Program-made: the position numbers and the translations under genes
Assembly (NCBI RefSeq): GCF_913773635.1
Contig: NZ_CAJYGQ010000013.1
Coordinates: 233,973 to 297,972, forward strand
Origin: an uncultured Mucilaginibacter sp.
Lineage (GTDB): Bacteria; Bacteroidota; Bacteroidia; Sphingobacteriales; Sphingobacteriaceae
Length of the DNA: 64,000 nt
Direction of reading: 5' to 3'
Part shown: positions 19,876 to 30,641 of the stretch, in pieces
Layout of the letters: each line of letters begins with the position of its first letter
Numbering within the stretch: the stretch's first letter is position 1
The notes under the pieces: generated by a model
Database searches by the model: none
Told to the model about the DNA's origin: nothing
What the model saw: the letters and a program-made list of their open reading frames with translations, nothing else

Positions 19876-20873
19876 CAGGGTTTATTTTGTAATATTGTTT
19901 CTATCCTGTTCAGTTCATCAGGTGTAAAGGCGGTATTTTTCAAACACATCAGTGAATCAGCAAGTTGTTCGGTCTTACTGGCACCTATAAGTACTGAGGT
20001 TACCCGCGCATCTTTCAATAACCAGGCCAGTGCCATTTGAGCAAGCGTTTGGCCACGGCCAAGTGCTATCTCGTTCAGTTGCTTAATTTGCTCAACCTTT
20101 TCACCGGTAATTTGCGCTGTTTGCAAGTGTCCGCTTGATTTTGCTGCTCTTGAATCCTGAGGAATACCATGCAGGTATTTGTTGGTTAGCATACCTTGCG
20201 CAAGCGGTGAAAACGGAATACAACCTACGCCCTCCTGTTCAAGTACATCCAGCAAACCGCCTTCAACCCAACGCTCAAACATGGAGTATTTAGGTTGATG
20301 AATAAGACATGGCGTACCTAAGTCTTTTAATATGCTAATGGCCTTTTTAGCTTCTTCTGCCTTGTAATTTGATAAACCTACATATAGGGCTTTACCTTGC
20401 CTTACCAGTAAATCAAGCGCAGCCATGGTCTCTTCCAAAGGAGTTTCCGGGTCGGGCCGGTGATGATAAAAAATATCTACATACTCCAGTCCCATACGCT
20501 TTAAGCTTTGGTTTAAGCTGGCTACCAAATACTTTTTTGAGCCCCAGTTGCCATACGGTCCCGGCCACATATCATACCCGGCCTTACTTGATATAATCAG
20601 CTCATCGCGGTGAGCGGCAAAGTCCTTTTTAAGTAAATGTCCAAAGTTTTCTTCAGCAGAACCATAAGGCGGTCCATAATTATTAGCTAAGTCAAAATGG
20701 GTTATGCCGCTATCGAAAGCCAGGCGCAAAATGCTGCGGTAGTTTTCAAAAACATCCACGCCGCCAAAGTTATGCCACAGGCCCAGCGATAGAGCCGGTA
20801 ATAAAATACCGCTATTGCCACAACGGCGATAAGGCATATCCTGGTAACGATTAGGTGATGGTAGGTAGGTCAT
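19875..20873 (-). CDS. mgrA: Aldo/keto reductase, L-glyceraldehyde-3-phosphate reductase (MgrA/Gpr type)
   Basis: YRRCGNSGILLPALSLGLWHNFG, FDLANNYGPPYGSAE, ISSKAGY, VDIFYHHRPDP. Confidence 0.9.
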   Translation of the reverse strand: MTYLPSPNRYQDMPYRRCGNSGILLPALSLGLWHNFGGVDVFENYRSILRLAFDSGITHFDLANNYGPPYGSAEENFGHLLKKDFAAHRDELIISSKAGYDMWPGPYGNWGSKKYLVASLNQSLKRMGLEYVDIFYHHRPDPETPLEETMAALDLLVRQGKALYVGLSNYKAEEAKKAISILKDLGTPCLIHQPKYSMFERWVEGGLLDVLEQEGVGCIPFSPLAQGMLTNKYLHGIPQDSRAAKSSGHLQTAQITGEKVEQIKQLNEIALGRGQTLAQMALAWLLKDARVTSVLIGASKTEQLADSLMCLKNTAFTPDELNRIETILQNKP

Positions 20874-20994
20874 TGGTGGTTATTAATTCATGGTTGATGA
20901 TTCGTGAAAAACATATCAGGAAACTGCTTTCTTGATTTTCAGAGCTACTATAAACTACAGACTATCAACTTTGGACACCTTCCTTCCAAATATA

Positions 20995-22302
20995 TTAAAC
21001 TATTTCGGCCACTACAAAGGTGCTGCCGCCAGCAAATACCAAATCTTTTTGGGTTGCCGCTTCCTGCGCTGCTTTTAACGCCAATGGCACCGATGAATAG
21101 CTGCTACCCTTCAAACCCACAGCTTCGGCCTGCTCTTTTAACAATGCAGCATCTAACCCACGTGGCATATCGGGTTTACAAAAATAGTAGGTAGCATTTT
21201 GGGGCAACATACTTAGTACCTTGGTAATATCCTTATCATTCACCATACCAATTACAAAGTGCAGGCGTTCATACTCAACTGCCGAAATATTTTTTAACAC
21301 CTCGGCAATACCATCGGGGTTATGCCCGGTGTCGCATATTGTCAGCGGATTTGTGCTGAGGGTGTACCAGCGGCCCTGTAAGCCGGTAAGTGCGTTTACC
21401 TGCTTCAAAGCGTCAGCAATATGCTCATCGGAAATCATGAATCCTTGCCCGCGCAATTCATCTACTGCCGAAAGTACGTTACAAACATTTTTAAGCTGAT
21501 AAGTGCCTGTTAGATCAAGTTGCAGGCAATAAATACCAGCCGGGAGATTAACTCGCTGTGCAACAATAGAAACTAAGTTTTTTTCTTGCGTATTTTCAGT
21601 TCCATGATCGTCTCTGCTCACATTCCATTGTTGTGATGCAAAAACAATGGCTGCATCTTGCTCATTCACCTTATTCAAAAATACGTCCGCTACTTCTGGC
21701 TGGTATTCTCCAATAATTACAGGTGTGTGTGGCTTAATTATCCCTGCCTTTTGCGTGGCAATTTCAGGCAAGGTGTTGCCCAGCATATTCATGTGGTCCC
21801 AACCAATATTGGTGATAATTGATAATAGCGGACTAATGATATTCGTGGAATCGAGCACACCGCCCAAACCAACTTCAATAACAGCAACATCAACTTCATG
21901 ACGTGCAAAGCAATCAAAGGCCAATGCAACGGTCATTTCAAAAAAAGATGGTTCTATTTGCTCAAATGACTGTTTGTTTTGCTCAACAAAGCTTACCACC
22001 TCTTCCTTACTAATCATTTGTCCGTTGATACGCACCCGTTCTCTAAAATCTTTTAAATGCGGCGACGTATACAAACCTGTTTTGTAGCCGGCTGTTTGCA
22101 ACACGGCAGCCAGCATATGCGAAGTTGAGCCTTTACCATTGGTACCACCAATATGTATGCTTCTAAACTTTTGATGCGGGTTATCAAGTCGTTCGCAAAG
22201 CGCAATAGTGTTGGTTAAATCTTTTTTAAATGCCGACGCACCTACGCGGGTAAACATGGGCAGTTGATTGTAGAGGTAGTCGAGGGTTTCCTGGTAAGTC
22301 AT
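20995..22302 (-). CDS. folC: Bifunctional folylpolyglutamate/dihydrofolate synthase
   Basis: HIGGTNGKGS, GLYTSPHL, EVGLGG, CDTGHNPDG; start MTYQETL at 22302. Confidence 0.95.
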   Translation of the reverse strand: MTYQETLDYLYNQLPMFTRVGASAFKKDLTNTIALCERLDNPHQKFRSIHIGGTNGKGSTSHMLAAVLQTAGYKTGLYTSPHLKDFRERVRINGQMISKEEVVSFVEQNKQSFEQIEPSFFEMTVALAFDCFARHEVDVAVIEVGLGGVLDSTNIISPLLSIITNIGWDHMNMLGNTLPEIATQKAGIIKPHTPVIIGEYQPEVADVFLNKVNEQDAAIVFASQQWNVSRDDHGTENTQEKNLVSIVAQRVNLPAGIYCLQLDLTGTYQLKNVCNVLSAVDELRGQGFMISDEHIADALKQVNALTGLQGRWYTLSTNPLTICDTGHNPDGIAEVLKNISAVEYERLHFVIGMVNDKDITKVLSMLPQNATYYFCKPDMPRGLDAALLKEQAEAVGLKGSSYSSVPLALKAAQEAATQKDLVFAGGSTFVVAEIV

Positions 22303-22431
22303 TTTCTTAGTAGCATTGCCGGTAGCAGTATGCAATATTCAAAAATGCGTTAAGTTATGCAGTTTAAGGCACAATTTTAAAGAATAGAATTGATTGCGCT
22401 TAAGAAAATGAAACAGTGAATGACGGGCTGC

Positions 22432-23253
22432 TTATTGTACTTTGAATACAAAAACTACCGTACCCTGTTGCATATCCGGAGCATTTTCGAGTTGATTAAG
22501 GCGTGAGCGTTTAACTGCTTCTTCGCATTTCTCTATCAAATTCTGGTCGGTTATGGTTGTGCCCCTGGCACCGCCGCGTGCATAGGTTACGTTGCCGTCC
22601 TTATCAACCCTGATGTCAACTACTACTTTACCGGTATGACGACCGTCATCAGTAACTGCCGGCTTGCTTATGAAGTTACGCTGCGGCATACCGGTTAAAT
22701 TACCACCATTACCTGAGCCTGTTCCATTGTAGTTGTTGGTAAGCGTTGTACCTGTGGTTTTGCCCTGGTTGCCGGGGGTTGACCCGTTGCCATCGCCTTC
22801 GCCGGTACCGTTATTGGTTTTGCCCTTATATAAGGCATTTTGATTAACGGTTGGCTTTGGTGTTTCTTTAGTGGGTTGTTGTTGTGTGGCTACCGCTTGG
22901 GTTGGTTTTTTATCGTTGCTTATTTCAGGTGCGTCCTCAGTATTTTGAGTTACTACCTGCTTACTGGCATCTTCTGTTGGTGTTACCTGCTCGGTTGGAG
23001 GTGCGGTAGTTACCTTATCAGGCTTTTGGCCGTTGGCTTGTTCGGCAACTGACGGTTCTTCGGTGCTCATGTAATCGTCACCCATACCTTCATCTACCGT
23101 TCCGTAATTTACCAGTATGCCTCCGGTACCGTCTTCCTGCTTTTCAGGGTGCTGAAAGACAATGAAATAACTCAAGCCAATTAGCATAGCCAGTATAATA
23201 CCGGTTGCTAAAAAGGCTTTAGGATAATTATTCTCTTCCTTACGGTAATTCAT
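22432..23253 (-). CDS. tonB: Energy transducer TonB
   Basis: N-terminal TM helix, Pro/Thr/Gly-rich spacer, C-terminal TonB domain (GKVVVDIRVDKDGNV...QQGTVVFVFK); downstream of exbD. Confidence 0.8.
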   Translation of the reverse strand: MNYRKEENNYPKAFLATGIILAMLIGLSYFIVFQHPEKQEDGTGGILVNYGTVDEGMGDDYMSTEEPSVAEQANGQKPDKVTTAPPTEQVTPTEDASKQVVTQNTEDAPEISNDKKPTQAVATQQQPTKETPKPTVNQNALYKGKTNNGTGEGDGNGSTPGNQGKTTGTTLTNNYNGTGSGNGGNLTGMPQRNFISKPAVTDDGRHTGKVVVDIRVDKDGNVTYARGGARGTTITDQNLIEKCEEAVKRSRLNQLENAPDMQQGTVVFVFKVQ

Positions 23254-23258
23254 ACGTA

Positions 23259-23657
23259 TTACTTAGGCTCGGTAGCCAGTACCAGTTTAATGTTTAGTTT
23301 TTGGGCTATGTCCATTACCTGCACCACATCCTGTATGGCAACGGTACGGTCAACGTGCAGTACAATAGTTAGTTCATTTGCTATGTTTTTGTAGCCTTCA
23401 AGTGTAGCCTGTAAGGCCTCAACCGATACTTCCTTTTTTTCTACATAGTAACGCAAATCCTGCGTAACTGATACCGTAATGGTTTTTTTTGAAACCGCCT
23501 GCCCCGATGATGATTTTGGCAGCATCAGCTTGATTACGTTTGGATTAGTTACTGTAGATGCGATAAGAAAAAACAGCAGCAAAAAAAACATAATATCATT
23601 CATAGCCGATGTATGCACTTCGGCCGATGCCCTGTTATGTCTCTTTCTTAAATTCAT
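23259..23657 (-). CDS. exbD: Biopolymer transporter ExbD/TolR
   Basis: SAMNDIMFFLLLFFLI TM with conserved Asp; C-terminal HVDRTV...VVQVMD. Confidence 0.92.
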   Translation of the reverse strand: MNLRKRHNRASAEVHTSAMNDIMFFLLLFFLIASTVTNPNVIKLMLPKSSSGQAVSKKTITVSVTQDLRYYVEKKEVSVEALQATLEGYKNIANELTIVLHVDRTVAIQDVVQVMDIAQKLNIKLVLATEPK

Positions 23658-24370
23658 CGGCTTGGCTCCTCCAGCAAATCAATAAACTCAATGGCGTCAG
23701 TTTCCAGTTTTAAAATAACTTTATCGACCATCATGTTCAGTATATGGTAACATACATAAGCAATGATACCAACAAACAAACCTGCTGCCGAGGTTACCAT
23801 TTTAACGTATAGACCACCTGAAATTACACCCATGCTGATGTTATCAGTTTTCGATATATCGTAGAATATTTTGATTACCCCTGCAATGGTACCTAGGAAA
23901 CCAAACATTGGCGCTATACCGGCAACAATACCCAATATACCAATATTCTTCTCCAGTTTTGATACTTCAAGCTTACCCACATTTTCAATGGCGCCTTCAA
24001 TATCTTTTATAGGCCTGCCAATACGCAATAAACCTTTTTGCAGCATACGGCCAAGAGGCGAGTCGCTGTTACGTGCCACGGCCACGGCTGAATCAAGCTT
24101 ACCGGCAGTAATGCTTCCTTTAATCTGGCGCATCAACTCCGACTCATCTTTTGCTGCCTTACTGATAGTAAAAAAGCGCTCAAAGAATATCACCAAACCT
24201 AACACAGCCAGTATACCAATTGGAATCATTACCCAGCCACCTTTAATCAAAAGGTCGCCAAAGCGTAAATCATCAACAGGTGCAGCAGGCGTAGTTACCG
24301 GCTGAATGGCCTTATTTACAGTATCAATAACTTGTTGAGCAGTATCAGTTACCTGCGTTAATAGCGTCAT
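23654..24370 (-). CDS. exbB: MotA/TolQ/ExbB proton channel
   Basis: GGWVMIPI, IAPMFGFLGTIAG, KMVTSAAGLFVGI. Confidence 0.92.
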   Translation of the reverse strand: MTLLTQVTDTAQQVIDTVNKAIQPVTTPAAPVDDLRFGDLLIKGGWVMIPIGILAVLGLVIFFERFFTISKAAKDESELMRQIKGSITAGKLDSAVAVARNSDSPLGRMLQKGLLRIGRPIKDIEGAIENVGKLEVSKLEKNIGILGIVAGIAPMFGFLGTIAGVIKIFYDISKTDNISMGVISGGLYVKMVTSAAGLFVGIIAYVCYHILNMMVDKVILKLETDAIEFIDLLEEPSR

Positions 24371-24375
24371 TATAT

Positions 24376-25662
24376 TTACTTTCTAAGAGTTTCAACGTAT
24401 AATTTCCAGTTAAGTACTTTTCCTTGCTTAACCAGTTGTTTTTTTGCTTCCTGTCCTTCGGTATAGGTTGGGTAGTAGCCCAATGCCACTTTAAATAATT
24501 TGCGCGAGTTTTCAAACGGTGATGCGCCTATGCCAACTGCCTTGTACCGCTCTGATGCAGCCTTTGCCAGCTCAAGCGTGCCGTATGAGCCGCCAACCAG
24601 CACATAGTTATAGTGATTAGAATTAACTACCGTACGCGCAGCAACTGCAGGCGTTTCTACTTCGGGCGCGTACTCGGTTGACTCGGGCAAAGCTGTATTC
24701 CTGCTTACAGTATCAGTGGCGGCAGGTGCCTTAATGATAACGGTATCAGACGGTGCCTGCGTATTAACTTTTACCGAATCCATACTTGGCGATGCTTTTT
24801 CGCCTCGGTCGCTTACTTTAGGGGTATTGTCATCAGCTGTATTTTTCAATATCATTATTACAGCCGCAGCAGCAATAACCAATACAAGCCCCAAATAAAA
24901 TGGCAGACGCATATAAAACGGACGGGCAGCAACCTCATCATTATTGTCTGCAATAGGTAAAGCCTCCGCTTTTTGAGCTTGTGGCACATTGGGTTGCGGT
25001 TGTGGCACAACAGGCGCAGGTCGTTCAACCTTATGCTGTACCGGCTTAGGCTGGCGCACTAAAGGCGATATAGAGGTTGCAGGCTGCGCTTTGGCAACAG
25101 GTGATTCATTTAAAGCCTCCGGTGCTTTGCCAAGTTCCTTTTCAATTGAAAAAGTTACCGGAACGGGCTGTATCGTTTCTTCGCCAGCAGTGGCGGAGTT
25201 TGCCGGTTCGGCGTTAATTTTCGGTTCAGTACTTTGAGCAACAGATGATTGGGGCTCGTTTTTAAGCAGACTAACTGGTGCAAAACCGAATGCTGCAGTA
25301 GCTTCTGTTGTTTCAGATGCCGGCCTGAAACGAAGTGTATCAACTTCTCTTGACAGCCAACCAAGGTTGCCAATCATAGCCTCACCTATTTCGGCCTGCT
25401 GCAAGGTATTTTGTACATACCTGTCTAAAAAAAACTTTGCTGATGATACCGAAACCTTACTCTTATCGGTAAGGTATTGCAGCAATACATCATCGCTTAC
25501 AGTGGTTTGCTCAAACTCGGTAGCAAAATATGGCGGGTATAGCTTACCCTCTTCAGCATTATAATAGCCTCTTTTACGAACCTGTTTAAACACACCAATA
25601 TCTGGTATGCCAATGTTGCCACGTTCGTTAAGCAGCTCTGATATATATACTGAAAGATCCAT
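24376..25662 (-). CDS. Membrane-anchored protein: N-terminal HU-CCDC81-like domain, TM helix, C-terminal SPOR domain
   Basis: N-term YISELL...IGIPDIGVFKQVRK...LYPPY...F, second HU-like lobe (AMIGNLGWL), Pro-rich linker, TM LPFYLGLVLVIAAAAVIMIL, C-term YVLVGGSY...A...FKVALGYY. Confidence 0.7.
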   Translation of the reverse strand: MDLSVYISELLNERGNIGIPDIGVFKQVRKRGYYNAEEGKLYPPYFATEFEQTTVSDDVLLQYLTDKSKVSVSSAKFFLDRYVQNTLQQAEIGEAMIGNLGWLSREVDTLRFRPASETTEATAAFGFAPVSLLKNEPQSSVAQSTEPKINAEPANSATAGEETIQPVPVTFSIEKELGKAPEALNESPVAKAQPATSISPLVRQPKPVQHKVERPAPVVPQPQPNVPQAQKAEALPIADNNDEVAARPFYMRLPFYLGLVLVIAAAAVIMILKNTADDNTPKVSDRGEKASPSMDSVKVNTQAPSDTVIIKAPAATDTVSRNTALPESTEYAPEVETPAVAARTVVNSNHYNYVLVGGSYGTLELAKAASERYKAVGIGASPFENSRKLFKVALGYYPTYTEGQEAKKQLVKQGKVLNWKLYVETLRK

Positions 25663-25704
25663 TTTTTGTAAGCAGTATTTTTAGCGCAATGGCGGCAAAT
25701 ATAG

Positions 25705-27516
25705 TTAAAAACTGTAGCCTACGCCTCCAAATATGTTAAATGAATAATTAGGGTAGTACAACCAGGTTTGATAGTTTGTATTGAGAATATTGTTGGCCTG
25801 TACAAAAACCGACAATTTTTTTGTAGCCTTATAGCTCACACCGCCGCTTAAATCAGCAAATGATTTTATGTTAACCACCTGGGTGCCCGAAATAATATCT
25901 TTTGTACTTCCGCGGAACAATAACGAACCGTTGAAGTCAACCTTGTCACTGATGTGAATGTGAGTACCTGCAGTTAACTTAAATTTAGGCAAGTTCCATG
26001 GCTGCGCCTCGCTGGCCAGCTTATAGTCGCGGAATTCCACCCTACCGAATATATTTAAATCATCAGATGCTTTGTAATCAAGCTCACCGTTGAAGCCGCT
26101 TATGCGGGCTTTGCCATTGTCGTAAATGACGTTAAAGCGGTTGTTACCGGTTGGGTAAGCTGCAGCAATTGGCTGCACACCACTTACAAACAAAGGCAAA
26201 TCAGATACACTATTGCGGAAAACTGATGCTTTAAAGCCCAGGCCTGCAAATAATCTTCCTTTTAAACCGATACTCAAATTAAGTTTATCAACTGAGTTTT
26301 TGATGGCTATATTTTGCCCGATGAAAGGGTTTTCTTCTGAAAAGCCGCGTAACGACGAACGGTTTACGTCGCCGCTTGCCTCGGCAAACAAACGCACGTA
26401 TTGAGGTATAACCTGAAATTCAAGCTTGGCAGCAGGAAAAATGAAAAATCGGGTAAAGTAGCTGAATTCCTTAACAATGTTTATTCCCGCATCAATCTTA
26501 TAGTTTTCGCCCTGAAATTTTAAGTAAGGATTGGCGCGTAAAAAGCTATTGTTTATAGAGTAGGCTAAATCCTTTTGTGAAGCAACATCAACAGAAGCAG
26601 CAATACCTGCGTAAAACTGGTTAATGGTTTGATTTAAATAACCACTAATTACTACGTTATTTTCGCGCGCTTTAAAAGCATTGCTAAACAAGTAACCGTT
26701 AATTTTAGCTGCATAAGTAAACACACGGTCGGTGTCCTGATAATTACGGCTTAATTCGCCTTCGGCACTTATGGTGTTGAAGTGCTGCTTTGCGGGGTCA
26801 ATTGGAGCAGTGGTTAAGGTGTTATCATAACCATAAAAATAATTGTTACGACGCTGGTAGTTTATACGACCAGTCAACGTGTTTACCTCACCAATGCTTT
26901 TTCCAAACACAGATGCATCAAGCTTGCTGTGGTTCTGCTTTTCAAGATCACTGCCCTGTTGCCCGAAGTACTTTACGTACGCTCCGGTTTGCAAGGCGGC
27001 GTCTTTACCGTTATTTATGTAAGCCTCCCCAAATAGGGTACGCAAACTGCCAAATCCGGCTCGTACAAAATTATCGGCGGGTACCGAATCGCGCTCAATA
27101 GGCATCTTCATAGCCTCTAACTGGCGTATGTCGCTATTGCGCTCAAGGCGTTTATCTAACGTCGAATACGTAAGCGGAGCTTTATATAGCTGTGTTTCTT
27201 CAAGATTTGGATTACGGCGTATTTTAACCGCATCAGCCAAAACAGGTTTGTAAATAGTAGTTACTACAATTTCTTCTGAAAGGCTTCCGCCGTTTTGCTG
27301 GGCATTGTTTGCAGGTGCATTACCACCTTTCTTTGTAGTATCCTGCTTTGATTTGGCAGCAGCATCACCAACCTTTTTGGCTACCGGTTTGCTCACCGGC
27401 GCCTTTTGCGCTGGCTTTTGCACTGGTTTTTTTGCCGGCTGCTGCGTTTGAGCATGTGCAAGCGCAGCGCCAAACGTAAAAATGCTTGTCAGTAATATAT
27501 ATCTATATCTGGTCAT
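25705..27516 (-). CDS. Outer-membrane beta-barrel protein (TonB-dependent-receptor-like, apparently without a full plug)
   Basis: Signal peptide, Lys/Pro/Gln-rich linker, EEIVVTTIYKP, amphipathic beta strands, terminal FVQANNILN...IFGGVGYSF. Confidence 0.7.
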   Translation of the reverse strand: MTRYRYILLTSIFTFGAALAHAQTQQPAKKPVQKPAQKAPVSKPVAKKVGDAAAKSKQDTTKKGGNAPANNAQQNGGSLSEEIVVTTIYKPVLADAVKIRRNPNLEETQLYKAPLTYSTLDKRLERNSDIRQLEAMKMPIERDSVPADNFVRAGFGSLRTLFGEAYINNGKDAALQTGAYVKYFGQQGSDLEKQNHSKLDASVFGKSIGEVNTLTGRINYQRRNNYFYGYDNTLTTAPIDPAKQHFNTISAEGELSRNYQDTDRVFTYAAKINGYLFSNAFKARENNVVISGYLNQTINQFYAGIAASVDVASQKDLAYSINNSFLRANPYLKFQGENYKIDAGINIVKEFSYFTRFFIFPAAKLEFQVIPQYVRLFAEASGDVNRSSLRGFSEENPFIGQNIAIKNSVDKLNLSIGLKGRLFAGLGFKASVFRNSVSDLPLFVSGVQPIAAAYPTGNNRFNVIYDNGKARISGFNGELDYKASDDLNIFGRVEFRDYKLASEAQPWNLPKFKLTAGTHIHISDKVDFNGSLLFRGSTKDIISGTQVVNIKSFADLSGGVSYKATKKLSVFVQANNILNTNYQTWLYYPNYSFNIFGGVGYSF

Positions 27517-27540
27517 GTACTTATCTGGTATGGGCGTTGC

Positions 27541-30500
27541 TTACTTGTCTTGTTTTTTTGTACCTGTTGCGGCAGGTGCTGATTTCTCGGCATCATTAAT
27601 TTGTTGCAGCTTTGCTTTAGCTTCCGGTAATATATCGTCATTACCCTTATAGCCATCAATTACACTTTGTAATGTAGCTTTTGCCTGGAATGGATCTTTA
27701 AGCGCCAGGTAATTATCGGCCAGGAGTATAAAGGTTTTTGTAAGCCAATAATCATAGTTCGACATTTTGTTGATGATGTCGAAGCAAGTTTTTTGCGATG
27801 CTTTGTAATTACCTCTTTTATATTCTATTTGGGCAATGCGGTATTTAGCCTCAGCTGCTGCAACTGTTTTAGTATTGGTTACCGTATAGTTGAGCTCTTT
27901 AATGGCAGCTGCAGTATCACCTTTGGAAAGATGGGCAACGCCTGCGTAAAGACCGGTTTTATACTTATCCTCCTCTGCCGATTTCTCGTTCTCTCTAACC
28001 AGTTTTACATAGTGCAGGGCATCGTCTGCCATCTCCATTTGTGCGTAGCACATTAACAGGTTATTAATAGCAAAGGTGTAATCGGCTTTATATTCTGAGT
28101 TGGTTTCCAAACGCTTTAAGTAAACAACGGCTTCGTTATACTTTTTCTGCGATATATACATTTTGGAAATAGCAATAAGCGATTTTTCTGTATAGGCACT
28201 TGTCCAATCGTTTAATATAACATTGTAATCCTGCACGGCCTCATCAGTACGGTTGAGGTTTACCAACGCCTGCGCACGTATAAAGCGCATTTGCTTTTCA
28301 TAAATAGGCTTGGTTTTAAACTTATCATAATAAGCCCCTACCGCAGCAACGGTACCCTCCCAATCGCCTTTGAGGTAAAGGTTGTTGGCGGCAGTGGCCA
28401 TCAAGCTTTCCTGCTCGGCTGCGCTGTAGTTGCCAATTGGCGTGGTTTGCGCGTAGCTTATAAACGTTTGAGCGTCTCCCTTATCGGTGTAAATTTTTTC
28501 TATCTGCTTTAAGGCCTGTTTAGCTTCTTCGGCCGATGGGTAAGTTTGTACTACTTTTTTAAATGATTCTACAGCAGCATCATCCTGGTTGTTATTGTAA
28601 TCAATTAAACCAATTGTTACCAGCGCACGCGGCACGTAACTGCTGTTAGGGTATTTTTGAATCATGGCCTGAAGATCAGTCTTAGCACGGTCTCCTTCAT
28701 TTTTCAGGAAGTAAGTGTAAGCTATCTCAAACGCGGCATCATCTGCAAAATCGGAGTTTGGATAACGGCTCAAAACACTGTTGAGTGTTGAAATTTTAGC
28801 ATCAGGTGATGATTGTAAACCCTGTATCATACCACGCTGAAATAATGCATAATCCTGGCTTTGGCTGCCACTCGCTATCAACCTGTCGTAATATGACATG
28901 GCCGAGCCATAGTTTTTGGTTACAAAGTAACTATCGGCAATACGCGCAACCGCATCATTAACGGCATTTTTATCAGTTGGGCCGCCGGCTAAAAAGCGCT
29001 CAAAGTAACTTGCGGCTTTCTTGTACTGCTCATCGCCAAATGCTGCATATCCTAAACCATAGTTCGCGTAATTATACACACTCAATGAACGCGATTGCGG
29101 ATTCTCAAGGAAAGTTTCAAACTGTTCAACAGATTCGCCGTACTTACGTACTTCATACATTGACTCGGCAAGCCAGTAAGTAGTAAGAGCGACAATTTTT
29201 TCATCACGCGGGTGCTTCAGTGAACGCAAGAAAATGCCTATTGCATTTTCGAATGCACGCTCATTGTAAAACTCAAGCCCGCGGTAATAAGTAACTTTTT
29301 GGTAGGCTTCTGCTGCGCTTGGATTTGCGGCAACAATTGGCTCTAAAATTTCCACTGCTTCCTTATAGTTTTTCGAATTCAGCAGCGCCTCGCCTAACAA
29401 GGTCTTCACCTCATCGGTACGGGTTGACCGCGGGTAATTGCGCAAATATTGGCGGGTAGCCTCTAAAGCCTGCGTATTAAAATCAAGCTCGTAAGATAGC
29501 TTAGCATATTCAAAGAGAGCGTCTTCCTGCAGTTGCTTATCAAAATCTAATTTGCTTGCAATTTGGAATGCGTTACGCGCCGATTGCTTGTTGCCTGATT
29601 TTAAAAATATACTACCAAGCGTATAATTGCCACTTTGCGCGTACTCATCATTTTCGTTTACCAGTTTTGATAGCTCGGTAGTAGCCTTTGCATTATTACC
29701 GGTTTTGTAATGAGCATAGCCTATTTGGTAACTGTCCTGGCTGTTTTGAGTTTTTCCCTGGTCACGGTCCTGAAACTGTGTGTAGTATTTAACCGCATTA
29801 GGATAATCACCTTTAGCAAAGTAAGAAGCGCCCACTATACGCATCATATCAGTTTCGTGCTGCTGCTTGGTACTATTTAAGATAGGTATGGCGTAGTTTA
29901 ATACGTCATCATAGCGTTTATCTAAAAAGTAAACAGCTGATATGTAATAAGGGTAGCTGCTTTCGTATTTTTTTGAGTTTTTAAGCTTTTCAAAATTTAC
30001 TAAAGCTATGTGGTAGTCTTTATTAAGGTAAGCTATATAGGCGTAATAATAGATAGCGTCTTCCTGAAATGACGACTTTTTATCCTTTATATCTAAAAAT
30101 TGCTGCTGGGCATATTTATAATCGCCCATGTCAAAGTAGGCATAACCTTTACGAAACTTATACTCGGTATACTCATGCCCGTTAAGTTCATTAGCGTTTA
30201 TTTTATTAAACCACAGCAATGCATCGCCATACATGCGCTGATGCGAATACGATTTGCCAATTTGAAAGTAAGCCAGCTTGGACAGCGGGTTTTCAGGATG
30301 CTCCTTAATGAAGCGCATAAACATGGGCAAAGCATCATCATTACCCAACTCAAGCGCACAAAGAGCCTCATAGTATTGGGCGTTTTCCTTAAGCATGGAC
30401 AACTCCGACTCAAACTTTGGCTGTGTAGTTGTTTTTAAGCGTACTTGTTCAATAAGCCTGAATTGCTCGGCCGCGGCTACAAATTGTCCGCCGTTAAGCA

Positions 30501-30615
30501 GCTCCGTAGCGGTATGATAGGTGCGATATATATTAAAAGAATCATTTTGCTGGGCCTTAACGGTTAGCGTGCCTAACATTAAAGCACATGCAGCAATGGG
30601 TTTGAGTTTGATCAT
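27541..30615 (-). CDS. Large secreted tetratricopeptide repeat protein
   Basis: Signal peptide (MIKLKPIAACALMLGTLTVKA) and many TPR units (YYxGYAY, A..YP.S..A); start MIKLK at 30615. Confidence 0.9.
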   Translation of the reverse strand: MIKLKPIAACALMLGTLTVKAQQNDSFNIYRTYHTATELLNGGQFVAAAEQFRLIEQVRLKTTTQPKFESELSMLKENAQYYEALCALELGNDDALPMFMRFIKEHPENPLSKLAYFQIGKSYSHQRMYGDALLWFNKINANELNGHEYTEYKFRKGYAYFDMGDYKYAQQQFLDIKDKKSSFQEDAIYYYAYIAYLNKDYHIALVNFEKLKNSKKYESSYPYYISAVYFLDKRYDDVLNYAIPILNSTKQQHETDMMRIVGASYFAKGDYPNAVKYYTQFQDRDQGKTQNSQDSYQIGYAHYKTGNNAKATTELSKLVNENDEYAQSGNYTLGSIFLKSGNKQSARNAFQIASKLDFDKQLQEDALFEYAKLSYELDFNTQALEATRQYLRNYPRSTRTDEVKTLLGEALLNSKNYKEAVEILEPIVAANPSAAEAYQKVTYYRGLEFYNERAFENAIGIFLRSLKHPRDEKIVALTTYWLAESMYEVRKYGESVEQFETFLENPQSRSLSVYNYANYGLGYAAFGDEQYKKAASYFERFLAGGPTDKNAVNDAVARIADSYFVTKNYGSAMSYYDRLIASGSQSQDYALFQRGMIQGLQSSPDAKISTLNSVLSRYPNSDFADDAAFEIAYTYFLKNEGDRAKTDLQAMIQKYPNSSYVPRALVTIGLIDYNNNQDDAAVESFKKVVQTYPSAEEAKQALKQIEKIYTDKGDAQTFISYAQTTPIGNYSAAEQESLMATAANNLYLKGDWEGTVAAVGAYYDKFKTKPIYEKQMRFIRAQALVNLNRTDEAVQDYNVILNDWTSAYTEKSLIAISKMYISQKKYNEAVVYLKRLETNSEYKADYTFAINNLLMCYAQMEMADDALHYVKLVRENEKSAEEDKYKTGLYAGVAHLSKGDTAAAIKELNYTVTNTKTVAAAEAKYRIAQIEYKRGNYKASQKTCFDIINKMSNYDYWLTKTFILLADNYLALKDPFQAKATLQSVIDGYKGNDDILPEAKAKLQQINDAEKSAPAATGTKKQDK

Positions 30616-30641
30616 CAGAAAGCTGTTAACAAAGCAAATGC

